DNA of 64,000 nucleotides, from assembly GCF_006345805.1 (NCBI RefSeq), contig NC_043004.1, forward strand, positions 62,372,001 to 62,436,000, read 5' to 3'. Numbering within the stretch: the first letter of the stretch is position 1; every line of letters begins with the position of its first letter. Below are positions 1-13,439 of this stretch, one piece after another. This DNA comes from Octopus sinensis (taxonomy: Eukaryota). A model generated the notes under the pieces. That model was not told the DNA's origin and searched no databases. It worked only from the letters and a program-made list of their open reading frames with translations. Position numbers and translations under genes: made by a program.

Positions 1-17
1 ATATATATTATATATAT

Positions 18-61
<44 letters not shown>

Positions 62-604
62 AATGCACATATATTATACGTTCCTAGAGAGCAGATAATC
101 AGACACATGCGCGCATATGCACACACTTCCACACTCGTACAAACTGAAACTTCCACAAGCACACCTATATACACATATGAAACATGTATTAACACATTCA
201 CACTTACATATAAACATATATGCATGTTGTTTCAATATTCAGATACATGCGTTCGTGAGCATGTTGTTTTTGAATGATTACGTATATATTCATTTATGGA
301 CTCCTTAAATGTCTTTCCCTTCTCAATAGTAAGTCTCCGTTTAAACGTGACCTTGATATGTATCTAGCAACGTCACTCTATAAACGTAATCTTCACAAGA
401 CGGAGCCATGCTATTAATATTTTGCGATAGATTGATAAAGACATTAGAACGTTGCTTTAAGGCATGTTCTGAGTTCATATACAAACATCAAGGAAAAAAA
501 GAAAACATTTTCATTCTTGAATGTTGAGAAAGTAAAATAATTTCCACATACTGATGTAGGTTATATCCTTTCTAGTACAACCACAAAACCTAAAATCATA
601 GGGA

Positions 605-1130
605 AGCGACTGATCGATTACATCGACCGCAAAAGGATGAAAAGCCAGGTAGAGCTCAGTGGAATTTGAACTCAGAATGTAAAATGGATGAAGTTCCTCT
701 AAGAATTTTCTCCGGTGTCTTAGAGAATGCGCTAGCCAGCCGCTTTACTAAAGTTATTAATATGTGATGTTGGCCTCAAAAGTTATATGCTTAAATTATA
801 AATACTTTTCACTTTCTCAGAATAATTTCAAATTTTAGACACAATTTTAAATAGGAAAATTAGCACAAACACAATGAAACTTTTGAAAAAAAAACCATAG
901 TCTCTATCGAATTCTATCTAAACAGACACAAGATCAAATATTTAGAGAGGGACAGGATAATCGACGACATCATCCATAATACTTGACTTGTGCTTTATTC
1001 TATCAACCCTGGAAAGAATGAAACAAGAAGTCAACGAGGCGTAATTTGAACTCAGAATGTAATGGCGCGGAAAGAGGAAATAAGACAAAAAAAACGGTAA
1101 GCATTTTTATTGATGTTGTAACCAATTCAT
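605..1130 (-). mobile_element. Two degenerate tRNA-derived SINE copies (family M, Meta-like central block)
   Basis: Diagnostic reverse-strand blocks 'gatcgattacatcgacc...aaggatgaaa...ggaatttgaactcagaatgta' at ~610-690 and ~960-1060. Confidence 0.6.
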
Positions 1131-1251
1131 AAACTAACATATGCACCCTAGAAGTAGCAGTTCAGTTTCCCATCCTCAAAACAAAGAGAAATATAGAGAG
1201 ATGGATATATATATATAGAGAGAGAGAGAAAGAGAGAGTGAGAGAGAGAAT

Positions 1252-1283
<32 letters not shown>

Positions 1284-1694
1284 AAGAGAGAGAGAGAAAA
1301 GGTAGGAAGCATCTTAACACTACTTAGAAAGACACACATAGATTACGTTAGTCAGCGATAGACAGTGTTTGAAAAGAAAAAAAATAACATAAATGTGTAA
1401 CTTCCGGTTGAACGATTTTCATCAGAAGACTTGGTGGATCCGATTTGACCTTCAACAGGAAAAAAGAGATTTAAAAACAGCCATGCATTAACACATAAAC
1501 ACACATATACACAAGCAGTCGCGCGCATAAGGGTAGAAACAATCTCAAGCAAGTACCCGCCTCTCAGGATCCCACCCGCTTCTCATCCTTTTCGAATCAT
1601 ATTTAAATATTATTTTCCTACACAGTTCTCTCATACATTGCCGTTTTCTGAGATTTTACTTTTAGCACAAGACCATCAGTTTTATAGGAGGGAA

Positions 1695-1850
1695 TAAGTC
1701 ATTTACATCTACCCCAGTGCTCAACAGGTACATAATTTATTAACCCCTGAAAAAGACAAACGCAAGTGGTCCTAACGAAATGTTTAATTAAAAACGATGA
1801 AAAAAACTGCCGTTAAGCACTTTACCGCTAGCATCTATGCCAGACTGCAG
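1695..1850 (-). mobile_element. Highly degenerate family M SINE
   Basis: 'ataagtcatttacatctaccccagtgctcaacaggtacataatttattaacccctgaaaa...gttaagcact' matches the family M blocks. Confidence 0.45.
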
Positions 1851-2354
1851 TTATTACCAATTTGCTGTCACTTTCTTTGCACTTCTGTGTGTGTGCGCGC
1901 GCGCGCGTGTGTGTACACGGGGTGAGTATGTGTACGCGGATGCGTGTGTTTGTGTGTGTGTGTGCGTGTTCGTTTAATCTTTAATTGTACTCTCTTTTGT
2001 TTGTTTTTGGCACTGTACTCCGACATCTCTGGGTAACCTCTTGAAGGTTTCAAGTCATATCGATCTGATACTTCGTTCGTTTCCAATTTTTGAATTTTTG
2101 ACATTATTTATTCCGTCTGACCCCCTACGTTATGGGATGTTAACCTCAAAATTACATTACCGTTTTGTTTAGAAAATGAAAATAATCATACATATACAAA
2201 TGCGTGCGTGCACGTTCATATACACAATCTCTCACTCATTCACTCACACATTCCCTAACACATATACACATACACACATATATGCGTGTGTGTGTCTGTC
2301 GACTGTCCACTCAGCTGGCAACAATGAGTTTTAAGTGTATTTCAAAGGGCCATC

Positions 2355-2513
2355 CTTGTCACAGTTTTTGTTACGCTTAATCTGCCTGAGATCTACGTTA
2401 GGGGTACACCTGTCTGAGGAATGCTCAGCCACTTGCACGTTAATTACACGAGCAAGCTGTTCCGTTGATAGTATCAGCTGGGACCCTCGTCATCCTAACC
2501 GACGGAGTGCTCC
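2355..2513 (+). mobile_element. 3' fragment of Arg-tRNA-type SINE, tail A
   Basis: 'ctacgttaggggtacacctgtctgaggaatgctcagccacttgcacgttaattacacgagcaagctgttccgttgat...ccgacggagtgc' matches the tails at 11620-11716 and 39690-39813. Confidence 0.75.
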
Positions 2514-2557
2514 TGATATATGTATACATATATATATAACATGAGATATATATGTAG

Positions 2558-2599
<42 letters not shown>

Positions 2600-2646
2600 T
2601 ATATATAAGTGGTATATAAGTTATATATACATGGTACATATATATA

Positions 2647-2693
<47 letters not shown>

Positions 2694-3964
2694 GATATAT
2701 ATATATATGTGTGTGTGTGTATGCATGTATATGTGTGTGTGTTAATTCTTCCCTCATTTTATTGCTGTTGATTCTCTCTCATCACTTTTCTTTACGAGGC
2801 ATTACATCCACCCACTTTCTCCGTCTATGAACATCACCCTGCCCCTGTACTCATCCCATACCCACTAAACTTTTCAGTCCATTCCAGCAATTCTATCACT
2901 GCTTCAACTCCCACTTCCAATAGTACTCCTACTGTTATATTTCTGTCTTACATATCCTCTTTTTTGTTCAGTCTTTCATTTCGCTTTCATCTTTTATCCT
3001 TTCTCCACTTTAACTCCCTCGCTCCCTCTTTCACTCTCTCACTCTCTCTAACGCGCATCCGCTTTATTTTTCTCTCTTTCTTTCTTTTCCCTAACTCTTC
3101 CTAAATTTCTCTCTTTTACCGACTCTGTCACTCACTTCCTCCTACAACTTTTCGTTATAATTCTCTCTCTCTCTCTTATTTTTAATACATATCCTTTTCT
3201 TCCTATCGCTCCGTCTTCTTCAGCGAACATCCAACCGTCTTTCACTCTTTCTTTCTGTCAATTTATTAATACATCTCATTTCTCTCTTTATCTTTCACAC
3301 CATCCTTTCTCCCGTGACTCTTCTCTCTTTCCTTTATATAGTTCTTTATTCTATTTGATTTGATTTCATTCATTTTTTTTACATTTTTTTAGAGACTTTG
3401 GCTTACTTTTGTCTTTCCCATTTTTCTATCTGTTTCTCACGTATCTGTACTCTTCTTAGTTTCACTCTAAACGTTTGTTTTTCTTTTTCTCTCAGTTTGT
3501 GCTTCTCTCTTTCTCTCCCCATTCTCTTTCACTCGATGTTTATTCCGTTCTGATAATCCTTACTTCAGTTTTCATTAACTGTAAAACTTTACGAAGTCGA
3601 TAATAGTTTCAAATTGGACACTATTTCGTGGAGACAAAACATAACGATGCAACATTATATAACAGAACATGTGAAATCCTAAGGAACATGGAGATGTTCA
3701 GGGATGTCAGAAATTAGACCGCAAGAAAGAAAATGAGAAAGAGTTCCAGACGATTGTGATAAAGTCTAAACTTAATTGCAGTGAGGATGTAAGAATTGAA
3801 TATTTCCGGCAATTATTTGCATAAAATACAATATAACGCACTCTAACACCTACATAAATACACACACACACACACACACATATATACACACACACACGCA
3901 CGCACGCACTCACACACTCACACACACACACACACACGCATGCACACAGGCACTCACTCACACA

Positions 3965-3999
<35 letters not shown>

Positions 4000-5199
4000 C
4001 TGTTTCAGAAACTCCGTACATATATTTGTACGGAAACATACTAACATATTACACACACGCATAAATGTATAACGGTAATATAAAGATATAGGAGAGCAAA
4101 TTAAAAGGAAAAGAGAAGAACAAAAAGAAAAAGAGCAGTCGGTTATTACGATCACACAGAAGAATATCCATAGCAAAAACACGTAAATATATTTTCATTA
4201 CAGAACATAAATATCTAACAAACCATTTTCTCTTGCATCCAAAACGGATAATTATGCACGGTGTTGTATGAGAAAGCTAACATAAAAAAAGAACAACTAA
4301 CACAACTGGAAGAATTTTGTTAGAAACTTGATTTAATACAGCCATCGCCTTCTCTCACTCTCACTCTCACACTCTCTCACTTTCTTATTCTCTCTCTTTC
4401 TTTCTCTCTCACTTTTTTGTTCCTCTCGGCCTTTCTCTCTCACTCTCACGTATTTATCCCATCCTATTTCCTTTTTTCCTTTCACTCTCTGGCAACTTAC
4501 TATCTTTCTGCTTCTGTATATTCTCTGAGATCTTTTCCTTTTCTCCACCACCCCATTATTCCATTCCTTCGCACGGTGTTTGTCATTCATCTTCTCTGCG
4601 AGCTTCAGCAACAGCAGCTCGTACAGTCAGCTACTTAAAGCGAGAAGTCGACGTTGCTGCCATTCACACGCGCACACATACACAGTATTTATTGGAACAC
4701 CAACAAGCACATGTGTAAACAAACCTTCGTTTCATTTACATTTTACCGGAAGAAATTTCAAAATAATAGCATTGTCTTTATTCACTTATAATCATTCAAT
4801 ATATAGTAAACGCCTCTTTAAATGTGCTGAAGCTCCGACAAAATTAATATAGAGTTATACATTAGTTTTTATTTTATTTATATTCTAAAATCTAACTTTA
4901 TATTTTAGTATCATACGTAACATATAATAATTCATTTATAATTACTACCTAATATAATTCGGCGTATTTCTTTTAATCCGACGTTAATATTTCTTTGAGA
5001 CAGCAGGATGTATTTTAGCTGTCATTTCTGATTTCAAAGTTTTGCTATTTTCTTTTTGCAAAACCAACTGGTCTGTCCTTCCCCCACTCTTCCTCTCACT
5101 CACTCTCTCTCTCTCTCTCTAGCTCCCACTCTCCCTCGCTGTGTTTCTACTTCTCCCTTTCTATATCTCTCTTTCTCTCTCTCCCGCTCACCCCCTCTC

Positions 5200-5265
<66 letters not shown>

Positions 5266-5710
5266 CACACATACATATACATGCATACATGCGGTCACAT
5301 ACACACACAACGTACCCGTACGCACAGAATACGTCGCCAACGAGAGATCCAAAGAGCACTCAATACACAAGCCAGTGCTTATTTTTATTGAGAAAAGCTC
5401 ATGTTTCACTCCACTGCTGCTCATAATGTTCGCCACATGCGGGAACGTTTGGCCGATGAAGCGGTTTGTTTATTGATGCTGGATAAATGCAATGATAGAG
5501 ATTAAGAAAGCAAAGGTAGAAAACAGAAACCGATAACAAACTTTCCAGTTATTCCAATGGTCTAATTGAAATCAAACAACTAAATTGATAATTTGTTACG
5601 CACGCACCCACACACATATACACAGAACCACAGACAAACAACTGCGTTGCACACACGAATAAAAACATATATAAGCAAGGCATATTTCTTATAGAAAGTT
5701 GCTCATATAG

Positions 5711-5769
5711 TTAACAACAACGTGACGATCAAAGATAAACATTAACAACAACGTGACGATCAAAGATAA
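5711..5769. repeat. 31-bp tandem duplication
   Basis: 'ttaacaacaacgtgacgatcaaagataa' occurs twice with period 31. Confidence 0.9.
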
Positions 5770-6548
5770 GCAATGTAGCTTTTAAGACAATGATATTTTT
5801 TTTTAGTTAATTAGCGTAGAAGAACGTGAATAAGTATTCAGTGGGTAAAATATTTCTATTGTACAGCGTAAAATATCGCAGGATAATTTCTATCTGCATA
5901 TCACTATATCTATCTATCAATGTCATTATCTATCTGTCTATGTATCGATTGATCCATCTAGAACTTACAAATAAACAAAGGCACATATAATACACACACA
6001 CACACACACAGAGAAACGCACACACACAAACACTAACATACACACATACATGTGTGTGCGTGGGTGAGAGTGTGTGTGTGTGCGCCTTGATGAGGCGAAT
6101 CTTACGCAAAAAATGCATCAGTCAGCCTACACATAAAAAAAAAGCTTATGATAAACTTACGGATACATTGAGGCGCACATTGTACTGAGTCCACATAATT
6201 ACGCATGCAGAAAATATAAACTCTCATACAAGCTTATATGCGTAAACGAATTCACACATAAAGTTAAGCTAACAGAGAAAAATTATATACTTAATAACAT
6301 TTATCTGACTGATAAATTTTTGTATCGACATTCAAACATTGAAGCAGTCTTACAAACAAATGAGGTTAAAAACACGAGAAACATACGTTTTAAAAATTAT
6401 CAATTATAGATTATCGACCTTTCTTAAAACATCCAAAATAAAAATAAAAGTTTGAAAATATTATATACATTCATATATAAATTTATATACATATACATAC
6501 ATATATAAATTTATATACATATACATACATATATAAATTTATATATAT

Positions 6549-6616
<68 letters not shown>

Positions 6617-6909
6617 TAAACACACACATACACACTCGCACATTACATATAGATAGACAGACAGACAGACAGGTATATATATATATCGATAGAGAACGAG
6701 AGAGAGAGATACGGAGATCAGAACCGTTTTAACGGAAGAGTATTGGTGCACCGCACGCATCTCACATACATTCACACACAACACACATATACTTACATAC
6801 ACAAACACACATACGCACACACACCGCACTCACACAAACATATATTTCAACGTAGATCTAAATAAAATTGCAAGAGAAATAGGGTAGTGTGCTTCCAACA
6901 CACACACCA

Positions 6910-6952
<43 letters not shown>

Positions 6953-7248
6953 ACACACGCAGGCTCAACAACAGACACACGTAGACTCACCCAGAAACAC
7001 ACGAACACGCACACAGGCACACGCATATGTATGTGTGTGTATATCTGTAAGTGTCAGATATAAATAGTTATACATTCATAAATACATCGATCAAACAAAC
7101 ACACTATACATATCTTTTCTTATAAACTAAATACTATCAACAAACTGCCGTGTTTATAACTTTGCGTTCTTTGCTACCTTGTGGTTGAGAAATACCAACT
7201 TCCCAAGATAAAGAGGTAAGTGAAATTTATAGTACACATACATACATG

Positions 7249-7364
<116 letters not shown>

Positions 7365-7944
7365 TAACTTTTTGAAGTTGGTCGATATTTCGGAGTTGGG
7401 TGTGTATAAAATGTTAAAAATTGTGCTTGTTTCGTTTTTGAAATTGAAAGGAAAGAAAAATATAATCACGTAGATGAAATACGTAATAATTCTTCAACCT
7501 GAAGAGAATAAAATACCGGTGACGCAGGGAAGCGTGTTCAACTCCAAAACAATAATGAATAAAAGAAAATATTTATCTCATAACTCCCGAAATTGTTTAA
7601 GTCCAATATTGATTCGTTGTATGTACATGTATTTGTGTTATGTGTATGTCTGTGTGTGTGAGTGTGTAAGAAAAAAAAACTAAATACAATTTGTAGCTTC
7701 GTCTATTCGTTTCTTCTCAACTTTCCGGAACTTTGCAACGATTTATGTGGATGAGCGGGGGGGGGGGGCAGAAGTGTCTGTTCATTCAGAAATTCACCAG
7801 CGTCTTTCTTTCCTTTGATTTTCTAAAACTCTAATATTAGTTAAATTTCTTCTAGATTCTTATGAACGACATCTTAGCATAGGGTAAGGCATTCTCTTAT
7901 AAACGTGTTACTGTAAAAAAATTAATGTGTCTGTGCCTTGTGTG

Positions 7945-8372
7945 TACTCTTTCTCCTTACTCTCTTACTTGTTTCAGTCATTTGACTGCGGCCATGCTGG
8001 AGCACCGCCTTTAGTCGAGCAAATCGACCCCGGGACTTATTCTTTGTAAGCCCAATACTTATTCTATCGTGTTCTTTTGCCGAACCGCTAAGTGACGGGG
8101 ACGTAAACACACCAGCATCGGTTGTCAAGCAAGGCTCGGGGGACAAACACACACACACACACACACACACACTTATATATATATATATATATATATACAT
8201 ATATACGACAGGCTTCTTTCAGATTCCGTCTACCAAATCCACTCACAAGGCATTGGTCGGCCCGGGGCTATAGCAGAAGACACTTGCCTAAGGTGTCACG
8301 CAGTGGGACTGAACCTGGAACCATGTGATTGGTTAGCAAGCTACTTACCACACAGCCACTCCTGCACCTGTG
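7945..8372 (-). mobile_element. Composite CORE-like SINE (head, internal microsatellite, tail module)
   Basis: Reverse-strand tRNA-like head 'ggagtggctgtgtggtaagtagcttgct...ggttccaggttcagtcc', CORE-like 'gacaccttaggcaagtgtctt', internal (TA)n(GT)n, then tail '...ggcggtgctccagcatggccgcagtcaaatgactgaaac'. Confidence 0.85.
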
Positions 8373-8800
8373 TGTGTTTACTATTTATGAAAAGTTATAC
8401 GAAAAAAATTTGATAATGAGATAAATCACTTGAAAAATTTATAAAAATGTAAATGACACATTTAATCTCTTATATTTAGTGTGCCAAATGTCTAAATGTT
8501 AACGAATCTTAACTCTAGAAAGTACATCATTGCTTAATTTCATAAACAGTTATTATTTTCCCCAAAGTTATGATGGAATAAATTCCGGTGTAAAGGGGAA
8601 CCCAACCAAAAACACATTTATGTGAACAAATTTATAGAAAAGTTTTGTTTTTAATATATGACCAACGACCAACATTATATTTTCTAGATCATCATCAGCA
8701 TCATCTTCCCATTATCATTATTATTATATATTATTATTATTATTATTAATATTATAATTATTATTATCATTATTATTATTATTATATATTATTATTATTA

Positions 8801-8843
<43 letters not shown>

Positions 8844-8870
8844 GTTATTATTATCATTATAATTATTTAA

Positions 8871-9101
8871 GGTGGTGAAATAGCAGAAACGTTAAAACGC
8901 CGGGTGAAATGCTTAGCGGTATTTCGTCTGCCGTTACGTTCTGAGTTCAAATTCTGCCGAGGTCGACTCTGCCTTTCATCCTCTCGGGGTCGATTAAACA
9001 AGTACCAGTTACGCACTGGGATCGATATAATCGACTTTATTCGTTTGTCTGTCCTTATTTGTCTCCTCTGTTTGTAGCCCCTTGTGGGCAGTAAAGAAAT
9101 A
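8871..9101 (+). mobile_element. Family M tRNA-derived SINE, full length
   Basis: A-box-like 'tagcagaaacgtta', B-box 'gagttcaaattc', central 'gcctttcatcctctcggggtcgattaaacaagtaccag', tail 'ttgtgggcagtaaagaaat' followed by (TAT)n. Confidence 0.85.
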
Positions 9102-9135
9102 ACTATTATTATGATTAATATTATAATTATTATTA

Positions 9136-9182
<47 letters not shown>

Positions 9183-9186
9183 GCTA

Positions 9187-9235
<49 letters not shown>

Positions 9236-9240
9236 CATTA

Positions 9241-9305
<65 letters not shown>

Positions 9306-9317
9306 GTTATTATTTAA

Positions 9318-9490
9318 GGTGGTGAAATAGCAGAATAGTTAGCACGCCGGGCCAAATGCTTAGCGGCATTTCGTCAATCCTTAAGTTCTGATTTTGAATT
9401 CCGCGAGGTCGACTTTGCGTTTCCTCTATTCGCGGTCGATGGAATGAAATAAGAACGAGTCACGCACGCAACCGATATAATCGACTAGCC
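9318..9490 (+). mobile_element. Family M SINE, diverged
   Basis: Starts with the same 'ggtggtgaaatagcagaa' 5' end as the copy at 8871; central block recognisable. Confidence 0.75.
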
Positions 9491-9596
9491 ACCAACCCCC
9501 ACATATTTTATGTCATGTACCTATAAAAGAAAGGATTATCATTATCGTTAGGAACATCATCATCATAATCGTCATCATCGTTATTATTATCATTAA

Positions 9597-9960
9597 GGTG
9601 GGGAGCTAGCAGCATTGTTAGCACGCTGGGTGAAATACTTAGCGGCACTTCGTCTGCCGTTACGTTCTGAGTTCAAACTCCGCCGAGATCGACTTTGCCT
9701 TTCATCCTTACGGGGAAGATAAATTAACTACCAGTTACGCACTGGGGCCGATATAATCGACTTAGTCCGTTTGTCTGTCTTTGTTTGTCCTCTTTGTGTT
9801 TAGCCGTTTGTGGGTAGTAAAGAAATAGGTATATCGTCTGCCGTTACGTTCTGAGTTCAAATTTCGCTGAGGTTAAATTTGCCTTTCATCGTTTCGGGGT
9901 CGATAAATTAAGTTGTATACTGGGGTTGATGTAATTGACTACTCGCCACCCAAAAAATGT
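9597..9960 (+). mobile_element. Family M SINE, dimeric form
   Basis: Full unit to 'gtaaagaaat' (~9826), joined directly to a second unit starting 'aggtatatcgtctgccgttacg'. Confidence 0.8.
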
Positions 9961-9978
9961 TAGGCTTTCAAAGGAGTG

Positions 9979-10023
<45 letters not shown>

Positions 10024-10776
10024 TATTATTATTATTATAATCATCATCATCATTCTTCGATTATCCCTAGAGGCATTCCTGTATCATACTTCCGCCACAT
10101 TTTTGTAATACTTTGTATACTATGAGTATGTCCCTTCTATTTCATTGTATACCGTATATACTTTAAAACTTTTTTTGTTTATTTATCATTTCACTATATG
10201 TAAAACCCACCACTTTATATCTGCTTTGGTATCGTCCCCCCCCCACTATCCTTCACTCTTGTGGCAAATAAATTAAATTATTATTATTATTGCTGGTGGT
10301 GGTAGTGGTTTTGTTATTATTGTTGATATTTCTTTGTTTTTGAAATGTCATTGTGCTGATATGGGTTTTATGAACCTACATATAATTCGAATCTACAACG
10401 GGGCCTCAGATCTGTGAATTATTTGGACGTCATTTTTAGTTGTGTATATCTAAAAGGCTAAGGCCCGGGAAAATTATGAGACAGCCAAGGTCTTCTTGAG
10501 TTTTCAGTTCCCTTAGTTGTAACGAAAATATAAAGGGTAGTTCGGCTCCTTTCAAAAACACATCTCTTGGAACAAAGAAGTTAAACTTTCCTTAAAAATG
10601 TAAACATTCTCGAAAGCGAAATGGATTTTAACATACCACAACCCATTCTAAACACATACATGCATGTATTTGTGTGTATATGCGTCAGTGGGTTTGTGAG
10701 AGAGCCACAGAGAAATACAAAGAGAAAGAGAGAGATAAATATTTATATGTACACTTGCGCGTACAAATACGCAAAG

Positions 10777-10987
10777 GATGCCACCCCGCTGGCTAAGTGA
10801 GCAGGCCAGTAGAAGAAAGAATGAGAGAAAGTTGTGGCGAAAGAGTACAGCAGGGATCGCCACCACCCCTCCCTGAGCCTCGTGGAGCTTTAGCTCAATA
10901 AACACTCACAATGCCTGGTCTGGGAATCGAAACCGTGATCCTGCAACCGCGAGTTCGCTGCCCTAACCACTGGGCCAATGTGCCTCC
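10777..10987 (-). mobile_element. Arg-tRNA-type SINE, tail B, truncated
   Basis: Reverse-strand head 'ggaggcacattggcccagtggttagggcagcgaactcgcggtt...gtttcgattccc'; tail 'ggcctgctcacttagccagcggggtggcatc'. Confidence 0.85.
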
Positions 10988-11353
10988 GCTCTCTCTCTCT
11001 CTCACACACACACACACAAACATACATATATATATACATATAGTATAATAGCCATCTCAATATATATATATAAACATGCATACATACGTATATATTATGC
11101 ACATGCAAACATATATATATATATTATCCACGTATACGTATATGCTTATATGTGTGTGTGTGCGTGCGTGCATGTGTGTGTGTGTGCGTGCCTGTGTGTG
11201 TGTGTGTGCGAGCGCACAGATATTAGCATATGCCTATGGACGCTGACATACTCACTGATATACGCACGCACCTGCTGACATATTGTCTAATGTGAACAAC
11301 GGTAGTTTCGTCGTGGGGAAATAATTTCCTAATAATTTATACTTCTGAGATGT

Positions 11354-11716
11354 GGAGGCGCAATGGCCCAGTGGTTAGGGCAGCGGACTTGCGGTCGTAG
11401 GATCGCGGTTTCGATTCCCAGACCGGGCGTTGTGAGTGTGTTTATTGAGCGAAAACACCTAAAAGCTCCACGAGGCTCCGGCAGGGGATGGTGGTGATCC
11501 CTGCTGTACTCTTTCACCACAAAATTCTCTCACTCTTATTTCCTGTTTCTGTTGTACCTCTATTTCAAAGGGCCGGCCTTGTCACTCTCTGTGTCACGCT
11601 GAATATCCCCGAGAACTACGTTAAGGGTACACGTGTCTGTGGAGTGCTCAGCCACTTACACGTTAATGTCACGGATCAACCGGAACCCTCGTCGTCGTAA
11701 CCGACAGAGTGCTTCC
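11354..11716 (+). mobile_element. Arg-tRNA-type SINE (OR-like), tail A, full length
   Basis: A box 'tggcccagtgg', B box 'ggtttcgattcc', body 'ctccacgaggctccggcagggg', 3' end 'accgacagagtgcttcca'. Confidence 0.9.
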
Positions 11717-12414
11717 ATTCACTTTTGAGATATTAGATCATCAGCTAGCCGGAATTGCAATAATGTAAAATTGTGATAATGTAAAAAATATAGCAGTCAT
11801 ATAGTCGGGTATGATCGAATTTAATACACTGTTTATCTTTTTGAAATGCTGCTTCTACTTATTATTTTGCCATAAACAATATGCCACTGTTATATCCTTA
11901 TTTATTTAGTTATTGATGGTTTTGCACTTTTATTAGTAGTAGTTGTAAGGACAGTAGAAATTTGTGTACTAATGTTTTGGATCAAAAATCGAACACATGT
12001 ATATCGGAAGAAGTAGGCGGCGATGCGGAAGTAATGATCGAATTTTCGCTCTGATAACTTGCAAGGCTAAATATTTATTTATCTACTTATAATATACTAA
12101 TTGGCGAATAACAGCGTTCACTAAATGATGCAATTTTAAATTAGCAGATAATTGGATTTACTATATTTCTGTTTATAGAGCATGCTCTTCGTTTTCTTAA
12201 CAGACGCCCGCACACACACACAAACACACTCACACGCACGCGCACACACACATGCACACACACACACATGCGCGCGCGCACACAAACATTCACCCTCGTG
12301 CGAGTTTCGTAATGGACGGATCATAAGTTGTGTGTTTTCACATGAATCTGTATATGTATTTATACATGCATACATACATGCATATATGTATATATGGGTG
12401 TATGTATGTATGTG

Positions 12415-12775
12415 TACTCTCTCTTTTTACCCTTTTACTTCTTTCAGTCATTTGACTGCGGCCATGCTGGAGCACCACCTTTAGTCGAGCAAATCGACCC
12501 CAGGACTTATTCTTTGTAAGCCTAGTACTTATTCTGTAGATCTCTTTGGGGGACAAACACAGACGCACAAACATATACACACACATACATATATACATAT
12601 ATATATTTACGACGGGCTTCTTTCAGTTTCCGTCTACCAAAATCACTCACACGGCTTTGGTCGGCCTGAGTCTATAGCAGAAAACACTTGCCCAAGATGC
12701 CACGGAGTGGGAATGAACGCGGAACCATGTGGCTGGTAAGCAAGCTACTTACCACTCAGCCACCCCTGCACCTAT
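12415..12775 (-). mobile_element. Composite CORE-like SINE with an internal deletion
   Basis: Same head and tail modules as 7945-8372, with part of the middle missing. Confidence 0.85.
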
Positions 12776-12785
12776 TTGTACGTAA

Positions 12786-12839
<54 letters not shown>

Positions 12840-12845
12840 ATATAT

Positions 12846-12895
<50 letters not shown>

Positions 12896-13256
12896 TATAT
12901 TTATATATGCATATGTAGTTATATGCATATATAACTATGTAAATAGTGTGGACGTCCGTGCGCGTGTATAATGAATATTTTCCCTAAATAAATTCAAATT
13001 GTAACTCTATACTCTATATTTTTCTACTGAACTGCGTAATAAACTGAAAGTATAAAATAAAAGCGCGACAGGAAAGGTAAGTCTGTCCTGCCGCCAATGC
13101 ATCCATACATACAGTATTGCGTACACATAAATACACACACACATACGCACATACATATATGCATATGGATGCATATAAATACATACTCCCCCCATATATA
13201 TATATATATATACGTAAGCATACGAAAGTTTACTCCAAAATTTGTATATCACTGTT

Positions 13257-13257
<1 letters not shown>

Positions 13258-13296
<39 letters not shown>

Positions 13297-13344
13297 GGTG
13301 GTGGTGGTGGTAGTGGTAGTAGCAGCAGCATCAGCAGCAGCGGC

Positions 13345-13397
<53 letters not shown>

Positions 13398-13415
13398 CAG
13401 TAATAGTAGCAGTAC
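13258..13415. repeat. Compound (AGT)n/(GGT)n/(AGC)n microsatellite
   Basis: Direct reading. It produces the poly-S/G/V/L ORFs in the track. Confidence 0.95.
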
Positions 13416-13439
13416 CATCTGCATCTACATCTTAAAATT

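Larger units (their letters stand above)
8700..10050. repeat. (TTA)n/(ATC)n microsatellite field hosting SINEs
   Basis: Long ATT runs at ~8710-8868, 9105-9315 and 9980-10040. Confidence 0.9.

Noticed and set aside
1868-2104. ORF MSKIQKLETNEVSDRYDLKPSRGYPEMSEY...
   Set aside because: No homology recognised, no good donor site, and it runs into a (CA)n repeat.
5711-5769. Short direct repeats as a CRISPR-like array (also 57897 and 58522)
   Set aside because: Two adjacent copies without spacers in eukaryotic DNA; ordinary slippage duplications.
11354-11430. tRNA-like sequences at the heads of SINEs
   Set aside because: They have A/B boxes, but the acceptor stem does not pair and each continues into a SINE body. 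They are not tRNA genes.
12295-12335. CUUAUGA...GAAAC on the minus strand
   Set aside because: The core is mismatched and neither stem I nor stem II forms.
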